Below are positions 62,598 through 64,000 of a stretch of DNA of 64,000 nt, piece after piece; position 1 is the stretch's first letter, and each line of letters starts with the position of its first letter. Where the stretch lies: positions 1,178,001 through 1,242,000 of the forward strand of contig NEEC01000014.1 of the NCBI GenBank assembly GCA_002189035.1, in the 5' to 3' direction. The translations under genes and the position numbers were made by a program. Under the pieces are notes generated by a model. It did no database searches and had not been told where the DNA came from. It saw nothing but the letters and a program-made list of their open reading frames with translations. This stretch comes from Utricularia gibba. Lineage: Eukaryota; Plantae; Magnoliophyta.

Positions 62598-64000
62598 TTT
62601 CAATCTTCCCCTGTTGGGTAGATTAACAAAATCCCTACTCTCTAAAGCTGAGGTTCTCTAGAGAAACAGCCAAATTCAAGAGCTAATACATGCCTCATGA
62701 TAAATCCTTCAGGCGTCAAACTAAAACCCCAGTCATTTGAAAGAACACCAAGATCCGACGTTTTCAGACAAACCCAAATCCAAAACTAAGAATAAGCTCC
62801 CCAAACCTTCAACATCATTGGTCCAATTCCACTAAAAAAATAAAAGAACTCGGGATTCACGGGTCAACCATCAAGCTCCCACAGATCCATAGACAAAATG
62901 GGCAGTGGGATTCCTTTCATGATGAAGGTCCCGAAGGAAATGGGTGTGATAAATGATAACCGAGGCAGTGTAGGTTTTGTCGATTAGCCCATGTGGAGAC
63001 CGGAGGAGACAAATGTGTGACAGTGAACAGAGCAAAGAAATATTAGAAAAATGAGAAGCTAACCCAAAATGCGGAGGTAGAAGATGAAGAAAAATGGCGA
63101 TCATTTAGAGGGCAGATGGCGGGTGGGTTTTCCCACCTTTCCATGTGGACAGGGGAATAAAGAGGATGAAATTGTGGGTCTGGTGTTGTCTGCAAACTGC
63201 AATGCTCATGTGATGTCTGTCAGGATGACCGTTCCAACACAAAAATTTTCTATAAATGCATTTCCCATTACACCAAAAACCGATTCAAGATTCCATCTTT
63301 TTTCCTGCCAGCATCACAAGATGTAATCTTTATTGTCTAATCCACAAGTTCAACCCCAAAAAGTTCACTTCTTTGAGTTTCTGCCTCCTGTATTTTTCCA
63401 ATTACACTTGATTACAGTTGCAGTGATCTGTGTAATATTCAATTGTAATTTACTGCTACTAACCTTATTATTTGTTTTCCCTACTGCACACAATCTGTCA
63501 CTTGGCACCAATGGCAGATAATAAATAAATAGTAAGATCCTGGATGAGTAATGAGAAACATTAATGGTGGTTTTTAATGGTGTGCTTTGAGCCGGTGAAT
63601 TTTTCAGGGAAATCCGGTTCAACGTTTTGAGAACAACGGGAAATCCGATGCTGAATTCAAGCCAGAATCCGTACCAAACCTTGATTACTTTTTTCTTTTG
63701 GCCGGTTCGACCTGAGCCGAAAATACTGCATAGCACATTCATCTGATAAAAGTGGACACAGTCACCATCTTTCTTTGCTGTGATCCACATCACATGTGAT
63801 GAGTGTCTTCACAGGAAACTCTTCAGATGCAGTTCAAGGATTTCTGAAGGCCAGAAAGAAACAGAGGAAGCTACTCTGCTTGCTTGCTTTCCTAGTTCCC
63901 TGTCAACAACTACCAAAGCATATTTCAACAAATTTGCAATGAAAAGGGATCAAACACAAGCCGGCTGCTTACACTCCGCATATGAACTTTCCTGAACTGT

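Overview
Plant (eudicot) nuclear DNA from a very gene-dense genome with short introns. I built 19 protein-coding gene models by hand in 64 kb, about one per 3.4 kb; 15 lie on the minus strand. A compact genome such as Lentibulariaceae is plausible, but the species is inference only. In order: plastid PDH E1-alpha, an RGI-clade LRR receptor kinase, a LYM2/CEBiP-like LysM GPI protein, an ABA2-like SDR, CCB3, an OZI1/B12D-like protein, a NOT4-type RING protein, a ~53-aa membrane microprotein, an uncharacterised coiled-coil protein, the 27-exon transportin MOS14/TRN-SR, an NPF2 transporter, UBC1/2 (RAD6), SDH5, HVA22a-like, the CrRLK1L kinase ERULUS/CAP1, PDCB, CAND2/PMTR1, TIM9, a TCP5/13/17-type factor and a LONGIFOLIA/TRM protein. 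Family calls come from recalled motifs, not database searches. The clearest anomaly is a set of 1-nt frameshifts in short homopolymer runs in three genes (all G/C runs) and probably a fourth, most simply explained as long-read consensus error. Three intervals (7.4-9.3, 40.3-41.2 and 44.2-44.9 kb) carry splice or ORF signals that I could not assign to any family. A ~6.5 kb gene-free region upstream of the TCP gene holds a duplicated element and motif clusters. I found no convincing wholly new biological system, and no rRNA, tRNA, CRISPR array or intact transposon.
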